Source: Camelus dromedarius (lineage: Eukaryota). From it: a stretch of 64,000 nt of DNA. A program made the translations under genes and the position numbers. Where the stretch lies: the NCBI RefSeq assembly GCF_036321535.1, contig NC_087436.1, positions 65,350,001 to 65,414,000 of the forward strand, in the 5' to 3' direction. Below are positions 12,740 through 27,200 of this stretch, one piece after another; positions within the stretch are counted from its first letter, which is position 1, and every line of letters begins with the position of its first letter. The notes below the pieces were generated by a model. It ran no database searches, was not told the origin of the DNA, and saw only the letters and a program-made list of their open reading frames with translations.

Positions 12740-15700
12740 TTAATTGCAGATATCAGCTAAATGATGGATGGAAAGTAGAAAGACCCTGAGTCCATCTTTT
12801 AGAGGTGCACCAAAGTCACAACTATTTGCAGAACAAACATTGATGAAAATGACCAGAGCCTACTAGAAAATATCTTCTACAACTAAAGACATAAGAAGGA
12901 ACCACAAAAAGACGAGTAGGAGGGGTAGACTCACAATATAGTCAAGACTCATACTTCCAGGTAGGTGACACACAAACCAGAGAAAAATTACATTGCAGAT
13001 GTTCTCCCACAGGAGAGGTCTGAGCCCCAGATTGGGCTCCCCAGCCCAGGGGTCATACACTAGGAAGATGGGCCCCAAGACAGTTTTGGCTTTGAAGGCC
13101 AGTGGGGCTTAATTTCAGGAGTCCTACAGGACTAAGGAAAATAGACTTCACTCTTAAAGGGCACACACAAAATTTCACACAATCTAAGAGGGCAAAAGCA
13201 ATAATTTGACAGGAGCCTGGGCCAAACCTACCTGCTGGAATTAGTTTGCCAGACAGGCAGGGGACAGTTGTAGTTCACCCTGGAGACACAGACACTGGCA
13301 GCAGCCATTCTTGGGAGATCCTTCTACCATGTAGATGCTTGTGCTGATAGGTACCATTGTGGAATCTTCCCTCTAGCTCTTTAGCACCAAGACCTGGCTC
13401 CTCCTGATAGCCTGTAGGTGCCAGTGCTGGGACACCTCAGGCCAGGTAACTAACTGGGTGGGGACACAGCCACATCTGTCAGCAAACAGGCTGCTACAGG
13501 CCTCCTGAGTCCATAGCCATCTCTGACCGTGGCCCTGCATTCTAGAAGCCCGCACCAGATGAAAGAAAAACACAGTTTTGCAGCTTATAGACTCAGCCTG
13601 TCCAAGCACGCTGCCCTGGGACCAGCTGGACCCTGGCCTTGCCCACTATCAGGCAGACCAACACAAGCTCTGGGACACCCCCGAGCCTGTACCCACTTGT
13701 GTCAGGAAGCAGTACCCCCGCCCCCCACCAATAACCTGAAACGAGCTCTCAAACCCCTCAGCCTTACAATCAGACTCCACAACCCAGCTCGGCCTGCCAG
13801 TAGTCTGCATTAACCTGAAGACCTGGCTTCAGCCACCAATTGGGGAGCAACCACCCCAAAGTGTTCTAGACCCTGACTTTACCCACCAGGGATCCAACAC
13901 TAGCATAGTGCCCCCTAATATGAAGGTTAAAGGACCCTGGGGTTCTGCAGTTAGAAACCTTGTGACACAGCCCCACCAACCAGCAGCCTCTGCATAAGGC
14001 AGGACCTGGAAACAAACCAGACCAGAAGCCAACCAAGCCTACAAGACCAGCCAAGTAGTCCACCCACCACAACAGGAAGACCCACAAAGCCCTCATAGAG
14101 GGAACTGCTAGAGCATATAGCTTGAGTGATAAGAGGGTCATGCACTGCCGGGATACACAGGATGTCTCCTACAGAAGGCCACTTCTCTAAGGTCAGGGAG
14201 TGTAACTAACCTACCACATACATAAAAATACAAACAACCATTTTGACATTATCAGGTGACAGAGGAACATGTTCCAGATGAAGGAATAAGATAAAACCAC
14301 AGAGGAAAAACTAAGTGAAGTGAAAATAGTCTACCCAAGAAAGTTCAGGGCAGTGATTGTAAAGATGACAAAAGAACTCAGGACAAGAATGGATGCACAG
14401 AGTGAGAAGTTAGAAGTTTTTAACAGTTAAGAAATATAAAGAACAATGAAACAAAAATGAAAAACACTTAATCAATAGTAGATTAATTGATACAAAGGAA
14501 TGGACCAGCAAGCTAGAAGACAGTAGTGGAAATCACTGATGCTGAACAGAAAAACAATGAAATGAGGACAGTTTGAGGCCTCTGGGACAACATCAAGCAC
14601 ACTGATAGCAACATTATAGGGTCCCAGAAGGATGAGCGAGAAAGGGGATGGGAATATATTTGAAGACATAATAGCTGGAAACTCCCCTAACCAGGAGAAG
14701 GAAACAGTCATCCAGGTGCAGGAAGCACAGAAAGTCCCATACAGCATTAACCCAAAGAGGAACACACCAAGATACACTGTAATTAAAATGGCATAAATGA
14801 AAGATACACAGAGAGTAAAGGCAGTAAGGGAAAAATAACAATGTACAAGGGAGCTCCCGTAAGGTTATCAGCTGACTTTTCAGCAGAAACTCTGAAGGCC
14901 AGAAGGGAGTGGCATGATATACAGTGATTAATCTACATGCAAGGACATTCTACCCAGCAGTGCTTTTCACTCATATTTGATAGAGCAAGCAAAAGGTAAA
15001 AGAATTCAGCAATATCAAAACACCTTTATAATAAATGTTATGGGAACCTCTCTAAGTGAAAAAGAAAGGCCGTAACTGGAAACATGAAAATTATAAAATG
15101 GAAAAGCTCACTGATAAAGGCAAACATACAGTAGAGGTAGGAAATGATCCATGCAGAAAGCTGGTATGAAGGTTAAAAGACAAAAGTAGTAAAATTATCT
15201 ACATCCAAAATAAGCAGTTAAAAGATACACAAAACAGATTCAAATATATCAAAAATAGTACTCATGAGGGGAGGAGAGTACAAATGCAGGGTTGTTAAAT
15301 TTCATTTGATATTAAGAGATCAACAACTTACAACATAGATATAGAGAGATGCTATAAAAACCTCAGTGTAACCACAAGCCAAAAATCTGTAATAGCTATA
15401 CACACACAAATAAAATAGAATCCAAACATAATACTAAGATAGTCATTAAATCACAAGAGAACAAAAGGGGGAAAAAAGGCCTACAAAATAACCCCAATTA
15501 AATGGCAATAAGAACATATCAGTAATTACTTTAAATGTAAATGGAATAAATGCTCAATAAAAGACAGAGGACTGAATGGATACCAAAACAAGACCCATAT
15601 ACATGCTGCCTACAAGAGGCTCACTTCAGATCTAAAGACACACAAAGACTGAAACTGAGAGGATGGAAAAATGATATTCCACACAGATGGAAATCTAAAG

Positions 15701-18212
15701 AAAGCCAGGGTAGCAATATTTTATCAGACAGACTTGAAATAAAGACTTGAAAATAAAAAGATAAAGAAAGACACTAGGTAATGATCAATGGATCAACCCA
15801 GCAAGAAGAAATAACAATTAGAAATATATATGCACTCAACATAGGAGCACCTAAACATGTAAAGCAAATATTAACAGATAAAAAGGAAGAAATTGATAGT
15901 AACTCAATAATAGTAGGGGACTTTAACACCCTACTTATATTAAAGGACAAATCATCCAGACAGAAAATCAGTAAAGGAACACTGGCTTTAAATGACACTA
16001 ATTAGACTAGAAAGACTTAATTGATACATATATATTCCCTTTGAAAGCATAATATATACATTCTTTTCAAGTGCACATGGAATATTCTCCAGAATAGATG
16101 ATATATACTAGGCCACAAAACAAGCCTTGGTAAATTTAAGAACACTGAAATCATAGCAAATAAGCATTTATTCTGAACACAATGGTATGAGACTAGAACT
16201 CAACTATAAGAAAAAAATTACAAAACAAAACAAACAAAAAAACAAAGGGAAGCTAAACAACATGCGACTAAATAACCAATGGATCTCTGAATAATAGAGG
16301 AAATCAAAAAATACCTGGAGACAAAGGAAAATGAAGAGACAATGATCTAAAACCTCTGGAATGCAACACACATATTTCTAAGAGATAAGTTTATAGTGAT
16401 ACAAGCTTACCTCAGGGAAGAAAAATATTACCAACAACCTAACCTCACACCTAAAGGAATTAGAGAAAGAAACTTACAGCTAAAGGAACTAGAGAAAGAA
16501 ACAAACCCAAAATTAATAGATGAAAATAAATCATAAAGATCGGAGCATAAATAAATGAAATAGAGACTAAAAAATAATAGAAAAAATGAATAAAACTAAA
16601 ATCTGATTCTTTAAAAAGATAAGCAAAATTGATAAACTTTTAGTCAGACTCAGGAAAAAAAAAAGACAGGGCCCCAAAAAAGGAAGAGTTACAACCAACA
16701 CCACAGAAATACAAAGGGTCATGAGACTACTATGAACAACTCTATGCCAATAAAATGGACAACCTAGAATAAATGGGCAAATTCTTGGAAAGGTACGAAT
16801 CTCCCAAGACTGAATCAGGAAGAAATAGAAGATAAGAACAAACTACAAGTAATGAAATTGAAATTTAAGATACGAACAGAGAAACTACGAGTAACGAAAT
16901 TGAAATTTAAAATCTGCCAGCAAAGTCTAGGACCAGATGGCTGCACAGGTGAATTTTACCAATCATTTAAAGAAGAGTTAATACCTGTTCTTCTCAAACT
17001 ATTCCAAATTGCAGAGGAAGGAATCCTTCTAAAACCATTCCACAATCCAGCATCATCTGGATGCCAAACATAGACAAAGATATCCCCCACCCCCTCAACC
17101 ACACACACACACATAAACACTATAGGCCAATATCACTGGTGAACACAGATGCAAAAGTCCTCAACAAAATACTAGCAAACAGACTCCAACAACACATTAA
17201 AAGGATCATATGCCATGATCAAGTAAAATTTATCCCAGGGATGCAATAATTTTTTCAGTATTTCAAATATCACTGTGATACACTACATTAGAAATTGTAG
17301 AATAAAAACCCTTAGTTGAAGAAAAAGCTGCTGCTGCCAAATTCAACATCCATTTATGATAAAAATCTCCAGAAAGTGAGCATAGAGGGATAACATAATA
17401 AAGGCCACATATGAGAAACCCACAGCAAACATCATACTGAACTGTGAAAAGCTGAAAGCATTTCTCTAATACTGGGAACAAGACAAGGATGCCAATTCTT
17501 GCCACTTTTTTTTAATACACTATTGGAAGTCCTAGAGCAATAGGAAAAAAGTAAATAAATCCAAATTGAAAAGGAAGAAGTAAAACTGTCACTGTTTGCA
17601 GATGACATGATAGTATACATAGAAAATCCTAAAGACACTACCAGAAAACTACTAGAGCTTATCAATAAATTTGGTAAGGTCACAGGATATAAAATTAATG
17701 TACAGAAATTTGTTACATTTCTATACACTAACAATGGACTATCAGAAACAGAAATTAAAAACAATCCCATTTACCATTGCATAAAAAAGAATACAATACC
17801 TAGGAATAAAATTACCTAAGGAAGTAAAAAACCTATAAAACATGGATGAAAGAAATTGAAGATGACACAAACGGGTGAAAAGATATACCATATTCTTGGA
17901 TTGTAAGAATTAATATTGTTAAAATGACTGTACTACCCAAAGTAATGTACAAATTCAATGTAATCTTTATCAAAATGCCAAGGGCATTTTTCACAGAGCT
18001 AGAACAAAAATTTTAAACTTGTATGAAAACACAAAAGACCCTGAATAGCCAAAACAATCTTGAGAAAGAAGAATAGAGCTGGAGGAATTATGCTTCCTGA
18101 CTTCAGACTACACTACAAAGCTACAGTAATCAAGACACTATGGTCCTGGCACAAAAACAGACACATAGATCAATGGAACAGGATAGAGCACCCAGAAATA
18201 AATCCACACACA
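12740..18212 (+). mobile_element. LINE-1 copy A: 5'UTR, ORF1 (~14250-15090), ORF2 (~15501-18212), disabled and 3'-truncated
   Basis: Endonuclease (IIVGDFNT) and RT ([13 protein letters not shown]) motifs; homology stops abruptly after EINPHT at ~18212. Confidence 0.95.
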
Positions 18213-21200
18213 TGGAGACACTCCCTCTCCAGCCCCCTCCAGGGAGGTCAATGAGGACAGAAGTGGAGCTTCCAAGGCTCAGAGGAGAAAGCAATAACCA
18301 CTGCCCACCACACAGAGACAGTCTCAGGGGATTGGAGGGCAGTGTGAGCTCTAGCTGGGGGTGTGGGCAGAACAGCATAAAAAAAAAAAACACTGTTGGG
18401 GTGTGTGTGTGTGGGAGAGGGGCTCAGTGCAGATGCACTTGGCTCCATTGTTGGTGTATTCTCCCTACAAGAGAAGTGGGACTCAGTCATAGCCATCACT
18501 GATGTGAGGAAGCAGGGCTGAAGACTGAATTTATACCCTGTGGCCATGCAACTTCAAGGGAGGGACTGAGATTTGTTTATAGACCAGGCAGAGAGGGTGG
18601 ATTCGCTCTCTGGAACCTTTGTGGACCTGTGCCTTTAGGACTAACAGGCAGTGAGCAGAGTTCTGACTCATGAAGGGGGCAAGTACGGGCGTTTACAACA
18701 AGCCAGTGTACCATACTATATGTGGATGTGGGGCTGGGGTCTGCATCAAACTGGCACACTACAGATTCAAGTGTGTGACTGCACGCTTGCTACACCAGGT
18801 CCTAACACCTGACACTGGTGGATCTGCACTGGTGGTTCCTGGGGCTCAGAACCTTGGGGTATCAGAACAGGTGGCCAACATTTCGACAGCTAAGGTGGGG
18901 ACAAAGGCAGTGTTAACAAAGGGTATTTCATAAGCCTGCATAACAGGTGACAGACACCACCACAGAGGGCACTTCCCAGTGGACATTTCCTGCTTACACT
19001 TCTTCCCAGCTGAAGCAGTCCAACACTGCCTACTACACATCACAGCTCAGAAATGGGTCTAGAAGCCTCTATTCCAGCAACAAGGGAGCAGACCAGGCCT
19101 TTGTCAAGGCTTTGACAACTACAGAACAAAAAAAGAGGCCTGGCTCAACAACAATCAAGGCAGGCTCTGAACACTACACCAACCACACCCCCAATCAAAG
19201 GGATAACAGCCAACTCTCAGAGAAGATGTGGCAACCATCCATACTAAGAACAGCCATTGCAACAAAACTATTAGATGCCCACAATCTACACAGGATCTCT
19301 CCCATTTTAAATAAAAACAAAAAGTAAAACAGCACTTCAAGAACAAAGTAGATAACTGATACTCCTAAATCCAGAGAGATGAAAGTAAAATGAACAGAGG
19401 AACTACTCCCAATTAAAAGAACAAGAGAAATCCCCTGAAAGAATGATTAATGAAATAGACCTTGATAGTCTACTAGATCATGACTTCAAGAAGGGAATGA
19501 TCAATGTAATGAAGGAACTAAAAGAGACTATCAATAGAGACAGAATACTTTAAAAAGGAAATTGAAACTATACAGAAGAGCCAATTAAAAACAGAAAACT
19601 CAATTGCTGAGATAAGAGCCGAGATAAAGGCAGTCAAAAGCAGACTGGATAATGCAGAGGAACAAATAAGTGACTTAGAAGACAGGATAACAGAAGTTAC
19701 CCATTCAGAATAGCAGACAGAAAAGCAAATAAAAACCAATTAAAGCGATATAATGGACCTATGGGATAATACAAAGCATGCCAACCTATGCATAATAGGA
19801 ATCCCAGAAGGAGAAGAAAGAGAAAAGAGGATTGAAAAGGTATTTGAAGAAATCATGACAGAAAACTTTTCAAACCTAAAGAAGGAAACACATATCCAAG
19901 TGCAGGAGACACAGAGGGTCCCAAACAAGAAGAACCCAAACAGACCTACACGAAGACATATTATAATTAAGATGGCTAAAGTTAAAGAAAGGATTGTAAA
20001 GGCAGCAAGAGAAAAACAAAGAGTTAATTACAAGGGAAGCCCCATAAGGCTTTCAACTGATGTCTCTACACAAACACTGCTGGCTAGAAGGGAGTGGCAA
20101 GATAATGTTCAAAGTCCTGAATGAGAAAAACCTGCAACCTAGAATATTCTATCTGGTAAGACTATCCTGTAGAGTCGAAAAAGAGATAAATAATTTCACA
20201 GACAGACAAGCAAAAACTAAAAGCATTCAGCAATACTAAACCTATGCTAAAAGAAATATTGGAAGGTCTACTCTAAATAGAAAAGAAACAGGAAGCTATA
20301 GAAATGAGAAAATCATAATTGGAAATGCAATAACTACAGTAAATTGCAAGAGAATAAACATGAATATTAAAAAATAAAGAAAAATAATATCAAGATCATA
20401 AAGTGTGGGAGAGGGGAGCAAGAAAATACAGATTTTTTTTCTCTCTTCCCCCCACCTTTTTTCCTTCATTATTTTTAAGATGTGTTTGAGCCTACATGGC
20501 TAACAGTCTAAAGGAAACAGATATAGTAAGGGGTTAGCATACTTGAAAAACAGGATAACCACAAATCAAAAGCATACAATAAAATCACAAAAACCAAAAA
20601 GAAACTAAGCTAATACAAAAGAAAAATATCAAACCACAAAAAAGAAAAACAAAAAGGAAAAGACAGGAACAAAGAAGAAATACAAAATCAACTGGAAAAC
20701 AAAGTTCAAAATGACTATAAACACATATCTATCAATAATTACTATAAATGTCAGTGGACTAAATGCTCCATTCAAAAGACACAGAGTGGCAGATCGGATA
20801 ATGAAACAAAAACCTACAATATGCTGCCTACAAGATACCCACTTTAGAGTGAAGGACACACATAGATTGAAAGTGAGAGGATGGAAAAAGATATTTAAGC
20901 AAATGGAAATGACAAGAAAGCAGGAGTAGCAAAACTCGTATCAGGTAAAGTATACTTTAAAACAAAAGCCATCAAAAGAGATAAGGAAGGACACTATGTA
21001 ATAATCAAAGGAGCAATACAAGATGAAGATATTACACTTGTTAACATGTACACCCAATATAGGAGCACCTAAATATATAAAATAAATCCTAATAGACATA
21101 AAGGGAGAAATTGATGGGAATACAATAATAGGAGACATTAAGACCCCACTAACATCACTGGACAGGTCTTCCAGACAGAAAATCAATAAGGCAATGGACA

Positions 21201-24200
21201 TACTAAATGACACAATAGAACAGTTGGACTCGTTTGATATTTTTAGGATATTACATCCCCCCAAAACAGAATATACATTCTTTTCAGGTGCTCATAGAAC
21301 ATTCTATAGAACAGACCACATACTCAGGCACAAAAGAAGCATCAACAAATTTAAGAGGACAGAAATTATTCCAAGCATCTTCTCTGATCACAATGGCATG
21401 AAACTAGAAATCAACCACAGAAAAACAGATGAGAAAAAGATGACAGCATGGAGACTAAACATCATCAATGATGAAATCAAAGAAGAAATTAGAAAATACC
21501 TGGAGACAAATGACAATGAAAACACAACCACACAAAATCTATGGGATGTAGCAAAAGCAGTCCTAAGAAGGAAGTTCATAGTGATACAGGCCTTCCTCAA
21601 AAAAGAGCAATCTCAAATAAATAACCGGACATACCACCTAAAAGAATTAGAAAAAAGAAGAGCAAACAAAACCCAAAGTCAGCAGAAGGAAAAAAATAAT
21701 AAAGGTCATGGAGTAAATAAATATAATAGAGATTAAAAAAAAATAGAAAAAAAATCAGTCAAACCAAGAGCTGATTTTTTTTCAAAGACTAAACAAAATT
21801 GACAAATCTCTGGCCAGGCTCACCAAGAAGAAAGGCGCACACAAATAAAATAAGAAGTGAAAATGGAGAGATTACAACCCAACACCACAGAAATACAAAA
21901 ATTCATAAGAATATTATGAACAACTGTATGGCAATAAATTGGACAACTCAGAAGAAACGGACAAGTTTCTAGAAACATACAGTCCACCAAAACTGAATCA
22001 AGGGGAAATGGATTACTTCAACAGACCAATCACTAGAAGTAAAATAGAATCAGCAATAAAAAAACCTCCCTGGAAACAAAAGTCCAGTGACCAGATGGCT
22101 TCAGTGGGGAATTCAATCAAACATACAAAGAAGAGCTCATACCAGTTTTTCTCAAACTCTGCCAAAAGACTGAAGAGGAGTGAATACTCCCAAACTCATT
22201 CTATGAAGCCACCATCACCCTGATACCAAAGCCAGACAAAGACACTACCAAAAAAGAAACCTATAGGCCAGTTACCATTGATGAACATGCAAAAATCCTC
22301 AACAAAATATTAGCAAACAGAATCCAACAACACATAAAGAAAATCATACACCATGATCAAGTTGGATTCATCCCAGGGACACAAGGATTGTTCAACATAC
22401 ACAAATCAATAAGCATGATACACCACATCAACAAGAGAAAGGCCAAAAATTACATGATCATCTCAATAGATGCAGAAAAAGCATTGGATAAAATTCAATA
22501 CTCATTTATGATAAAAACTCTTACTAAAGTGGGTATAGAGAGAACATATCTCAACATAATAAAACCTAATTATGACAAACCTACAGCCAGCATAATACTC
22601 AACAGTGAGAAACTGAAAGCCTTTCTGCTAAAATCTCAAACAAGACAAGAATGTCCACTCTCACCACTTCTATTCAACATAGTATTGGAAGTCCTAGCCA
22701 TACCAATTAGACAAGAAAAAGAAAGAAAAGGGACCCAAATTGGAAGAGGTAAAATTGTCATTATATGCAGATGACATGATACTATATATATAAAACCCTA
22801 AAGGCTCCACACAAAAACTATTAGCGCTAATAAAATAATTCAACAAGGTAGCAGGATACAAGATTAACATACAGAAACCAGTGGCATTTCTTTACACTAA
22901 CAATGAAATATCAGGTAAGAAATGTAAAGAAACAATCCCTTTTAAAATTGTATCAAAAACAATACTTAGGAATAAATCTGACCAAGGAAGTGAAAGACAT
23001 ATGCAGAGAACTACAAACATTTGCTAAGGAAATTAAAGATGACTTAAAGAAATGGAAAGATATCCCATGTTCTTGGATTGAAAGAATTAATACTGTTAAA
23101 ATGACCATACTACCCAAAGCAATCTACAGATTTAATGTGATCCCATATCAAATTACCCAGGACATTTTTCACAGAATTAGAACAAATAATCCTAAAATTT
23201 ACATGGAATCACAAAAGACCCAGAATTGCCAAAACATTACTGAAGAAAAACAATGAAGCTGGAGGAGTAACACTCCCAGATTTCAGACAATACTACAGAG
23301 CTACGGTAATCAAAACAGCATGGCATTGGTTAAAAAAAAAAAAAAAAGACGGACATATGGATCAATGGAACACAATAGAGAGCCCAGAAATAAACCCACA
23401 AACTTTTGGTCAATTAATCTTTCACAAAGGAGGCAAGAACATACAATGGAGTAAAGACAGTCTCTTCAGCAAGTGGTTTTGGGAAAACTGGGCAGCCGCA
23501 TATAAGTCAATGAAGTTAGAATACTCTTGCACACCATACACAAAAATAAACTCAAAATGGCTTAAAGACTGAAACATAAGACAAGACACTTATAACCCTC
23601 CTAGAAGAAAATATGGGCAAAACATCATCTAACATAAATCTCAGCAATATTCTCCTGGGGCAATCAACCCAATAAACAGAAATAAAAGCAAAAATAAATA
23701 AATAAATGGGGCCTAATTAAACTTATAAGCTTTTGCACAGCAAAGGAAATGATAAGCAAAACAAAAAGACAACTTACAGAATGGGAGAAAATATTTTCAA
23801 AAGATGAGACTGACAAGGGATTAATATCCAGAATATATAAACAGCTCATATAACTTAGTAAGAAAAAAACCAAACAGCCAAATCCAAAAATGGGCAGAAG
23901 ACCTAAACAAGCAATTCTCAAATGAAGACACAAATGGCCAACATGCACATGAAAAAATGCTCAGTATCACTAATTATCAGAGAAATGCAAATCAAAACTA
24001 CAATGAGCTACCACCTCACACCAGTCAGAATGGCCATCATTCAAAAGTCCACAGATGATAAAATGCTGGAGAGGATGTGGAGAAAAGCGAACTCTCCTAC
24101 ACTGTTGGTGGGAATGTAGTTTGGTGCAGCCATTATGGAAAACAATATGGAGATTCCTCAAAAACAAAAAAAAAACTAAAATAGACTTACCATATTATCT

Positions 24201-27200
24201 AGTAATCCCACTCCTGGGCATATATCCAGAGGGAACTTTAATTCAAAACGACACATGTGAGATTCCAGTCAAGATGGCAGAGTAATAGGACCACAAACTC
24301 ACCTCTCCTCGCAACTACAACAAAACCACAACCAACTGCTGAACAGCCATCAAGAGAAAAAGTGGAGCCTAGCAAAAAAGATCTGCTTCAACTGGAAACA
24401 GAGAGAGGGAACCACAGAAAGAAGGTAAGAGGTGTGCGCTCATGATATACTAGGACCTGATACCCATAGGTAGGCAAACCACAAGCTAAAGAACAACTAA
24501 ATCATAGAGGCACTCCCACAGGATGACAGTTCTTAGCCCTATGTCAAGCTCCCCAGCCCACGGTTCTGGCAGTGGGTGAAGGAGACCCCAGGACATCTGG
24601 TTTTGAAGGCCAGTGGGGCTTAACTTCAGGAGCCCCACAGGGGAGACAGAGACTTAATTCTCCTGGGAAATGCACACAGGATCTCACATGCACTGGGTCC
24701 AGAGGCAGAGACAATAATTGCATAGGAACCTGGGCTAGACCTGCCTGCTGGTTTTGGAAGTTCTCCTGGGGAAATAGGGGACTGCAGCTGCAGTTCACCC
24801 AGGGGACATAAAAGCTGGTGGAGGACATTCCAGGGGTGTTCATCTACATGAGCTTTCTTGGATGCCGACATCTTGATTGGATCAGTAGCAACAAGACCCA
24901 GCACCACCCAACAGCTGGTAGGCTTAAGGGCTGGGAAGCCTCAGGCTAAACAACCTACTGGGTGGGAACACAGCCTCACTCATCATCAGACTTTCTGAGC
25001 AACAAATGCCTCTAGACAGGGCCCTACCCACCAGAGGTCCAGGCCAAGCTTCACCCAGCTGTGGGCAGACACTGACCCCTCCTACCAGGAAACCTACATA
25101 AGCCTCTATCCAAGCCTCATCCACCAGGGGGCAGATAGTAGAAATAAGAAGACAGTCCCAAAGCCTGTGGAAGGAATCCTCAAACACAGGCTAGACTCTA
25201 CACTGGGACACATGGGACATCTCCCACAAAGGGCCACCTCACCAAGGTCAAGAATCATAACTAACCTATCTAAAAATACAAAGAGAAAGACAGACAAGGT
25301 GAGGTGGCAGAGGAATATCCTCTGGGACAAAGCACAAGATAATATCCCAGAAGAAGAAATAATTGCTGAGGAGATAGGCAGTTTATCTGAGAAAGAGTTT
25401 AGAATGATGATAGTGAAGATGTTCAGAGAGCTCAAGAGGAGTATAGATGCACAGAGTCAAGTTTTTAACAAAGAGCTGGAAACTATAAAGAATACTCAAA
25501 CAGAGTTGAAGAATAAAATTACTGAAATTAATAACACACTAGAGGGAACCAAGAACAGACTAAATGAGGCAGATGAATGGATTAGTGAGCCAGAGACACA
25601 TTAATGGAAATCACTACTGCAGAACAGAAAAAAGAAAAAGGAATGAAAAGAAATGAGGATAATTTAAGACAATATGAAATGTTCTAATATTCGCATTATA
25701 GCAGTCCCAGGAAGTGAAGAAAGAAAGGACCTGAGAAAATATTTGAAGAGATACTAACTGAAAACTTCCCTAACTTCGAAAACACCCATGTCCAGGAAGC
25801 TCAGAGAGTCCCACACAGGATCAACCCAAAGAGGAATACACCAAGGCACATACTAATCAGATTCAGTAAAATTAAGGTTAAGGAGAGAATATTAAAATCA
25901 GCAAGACAAAAGCAACAAATAACATACAAGGAAACACCCATAAGGTTATCAGCTGATTTTTCAGCAGAAACCCTTCAGGCCAGAAGGGAGTGGCATAATA
26001 TATTTAAAGTTCTGAAAGGGAAAAACTTACAGCCAAGAATACTCTATCCTGCAAGGCTCTTATTCAGAATTGGAGAAATCAAAAGCTTCACAGATAAACA
26101 AAAGCTAAAAGAATTCAGCACATCAGAACCAGCTTTACAACAAATGTTAAAGGAGCTACTCTAGTCATCAAAACATAAGAATAGAGAACAAAAAGAAAAA
26201 AAGAAACTACAAAAAACAAACTCAAAACAATTAACAAAATGGCAGTAAGAACATACCTATCAATAATTGCCTTAAATGTAAATGGATTAAATGCTCCAAC
26301 CAAAAGACACAGACTGGATGAATGGATACAAAAACAAGACCCATGTATATGCTGTCTAAAAGAGACCCACTTCAGAGCTAGAGACACATGCAGGTTGAAA
26401 ATAAGGGGATGGAAAAAGATATTCCAAGCAAATGAAAACCAAAAGAAAGCTAGAGTAGCAATACTTACATCAGACAAAATAGATTTTAAAATAAAAACTG
26501 TTACAAGAGACAAAGAAGGGCACTACATAATGCTTAAGGGATCAAGCCAAGAGGAGGATATAACAATTGTAAATACATATGCACCCAACATAGGAGCACC
26601 TCAGTGTATAAGGCAATTGTTAAAAGACATAAAGGGAGAAATTGACAGTAACACAATAATAGTAGGGGACCTTAACACCCCACTTACATCAATGGACATA
26701 TCATGCAGGCAGAAAATCAATAAGGAAATACAGGTGCTTAATAACACATTGGAACAGATGGACCTAATTGATATCTGTAGCGCATTCCATCCAAAAACAA
26801 CAGAATACACGTTCTTCTCAGGTGCACATGGAACATTCTCCAGAATCAACCACATGCTGGCCCATAAAGCTAGCCTCAGCAAATTCAGGAAAACTGAAAT
26901 CATACCAAGCATCTTTTCAGACCACAATGCTATAAGGTTAGAAATCAGCTACGAGAAAAAACGGCAAACATGCGGAGGCTAAAAATTTGCTACTAAACAA
27001 CCAATGGATCATGGAAGAAATCAAAGAGGAGATCAAAAAATACTTTGAGAGAAATGAAAACAAAAGCACAACAATCCAAAACCTCTGGACACAGCAAAAG
27101 CAGTTCTCAGAGGGAAGTTTATAGCAATACAAGCCTACCTTAGGAAACAAGAAAAATCTCAAGTAAACAACCTAACCTTAAACCTAAAGCAGCTGAAGAA

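Noticed and set aside
26239..26982. 247-aa ORF, the longest in the window
   Set aside because: It is the L1 ORF2 endonuclease of copy C, frameshifted downstream; not a host gene or an active element.
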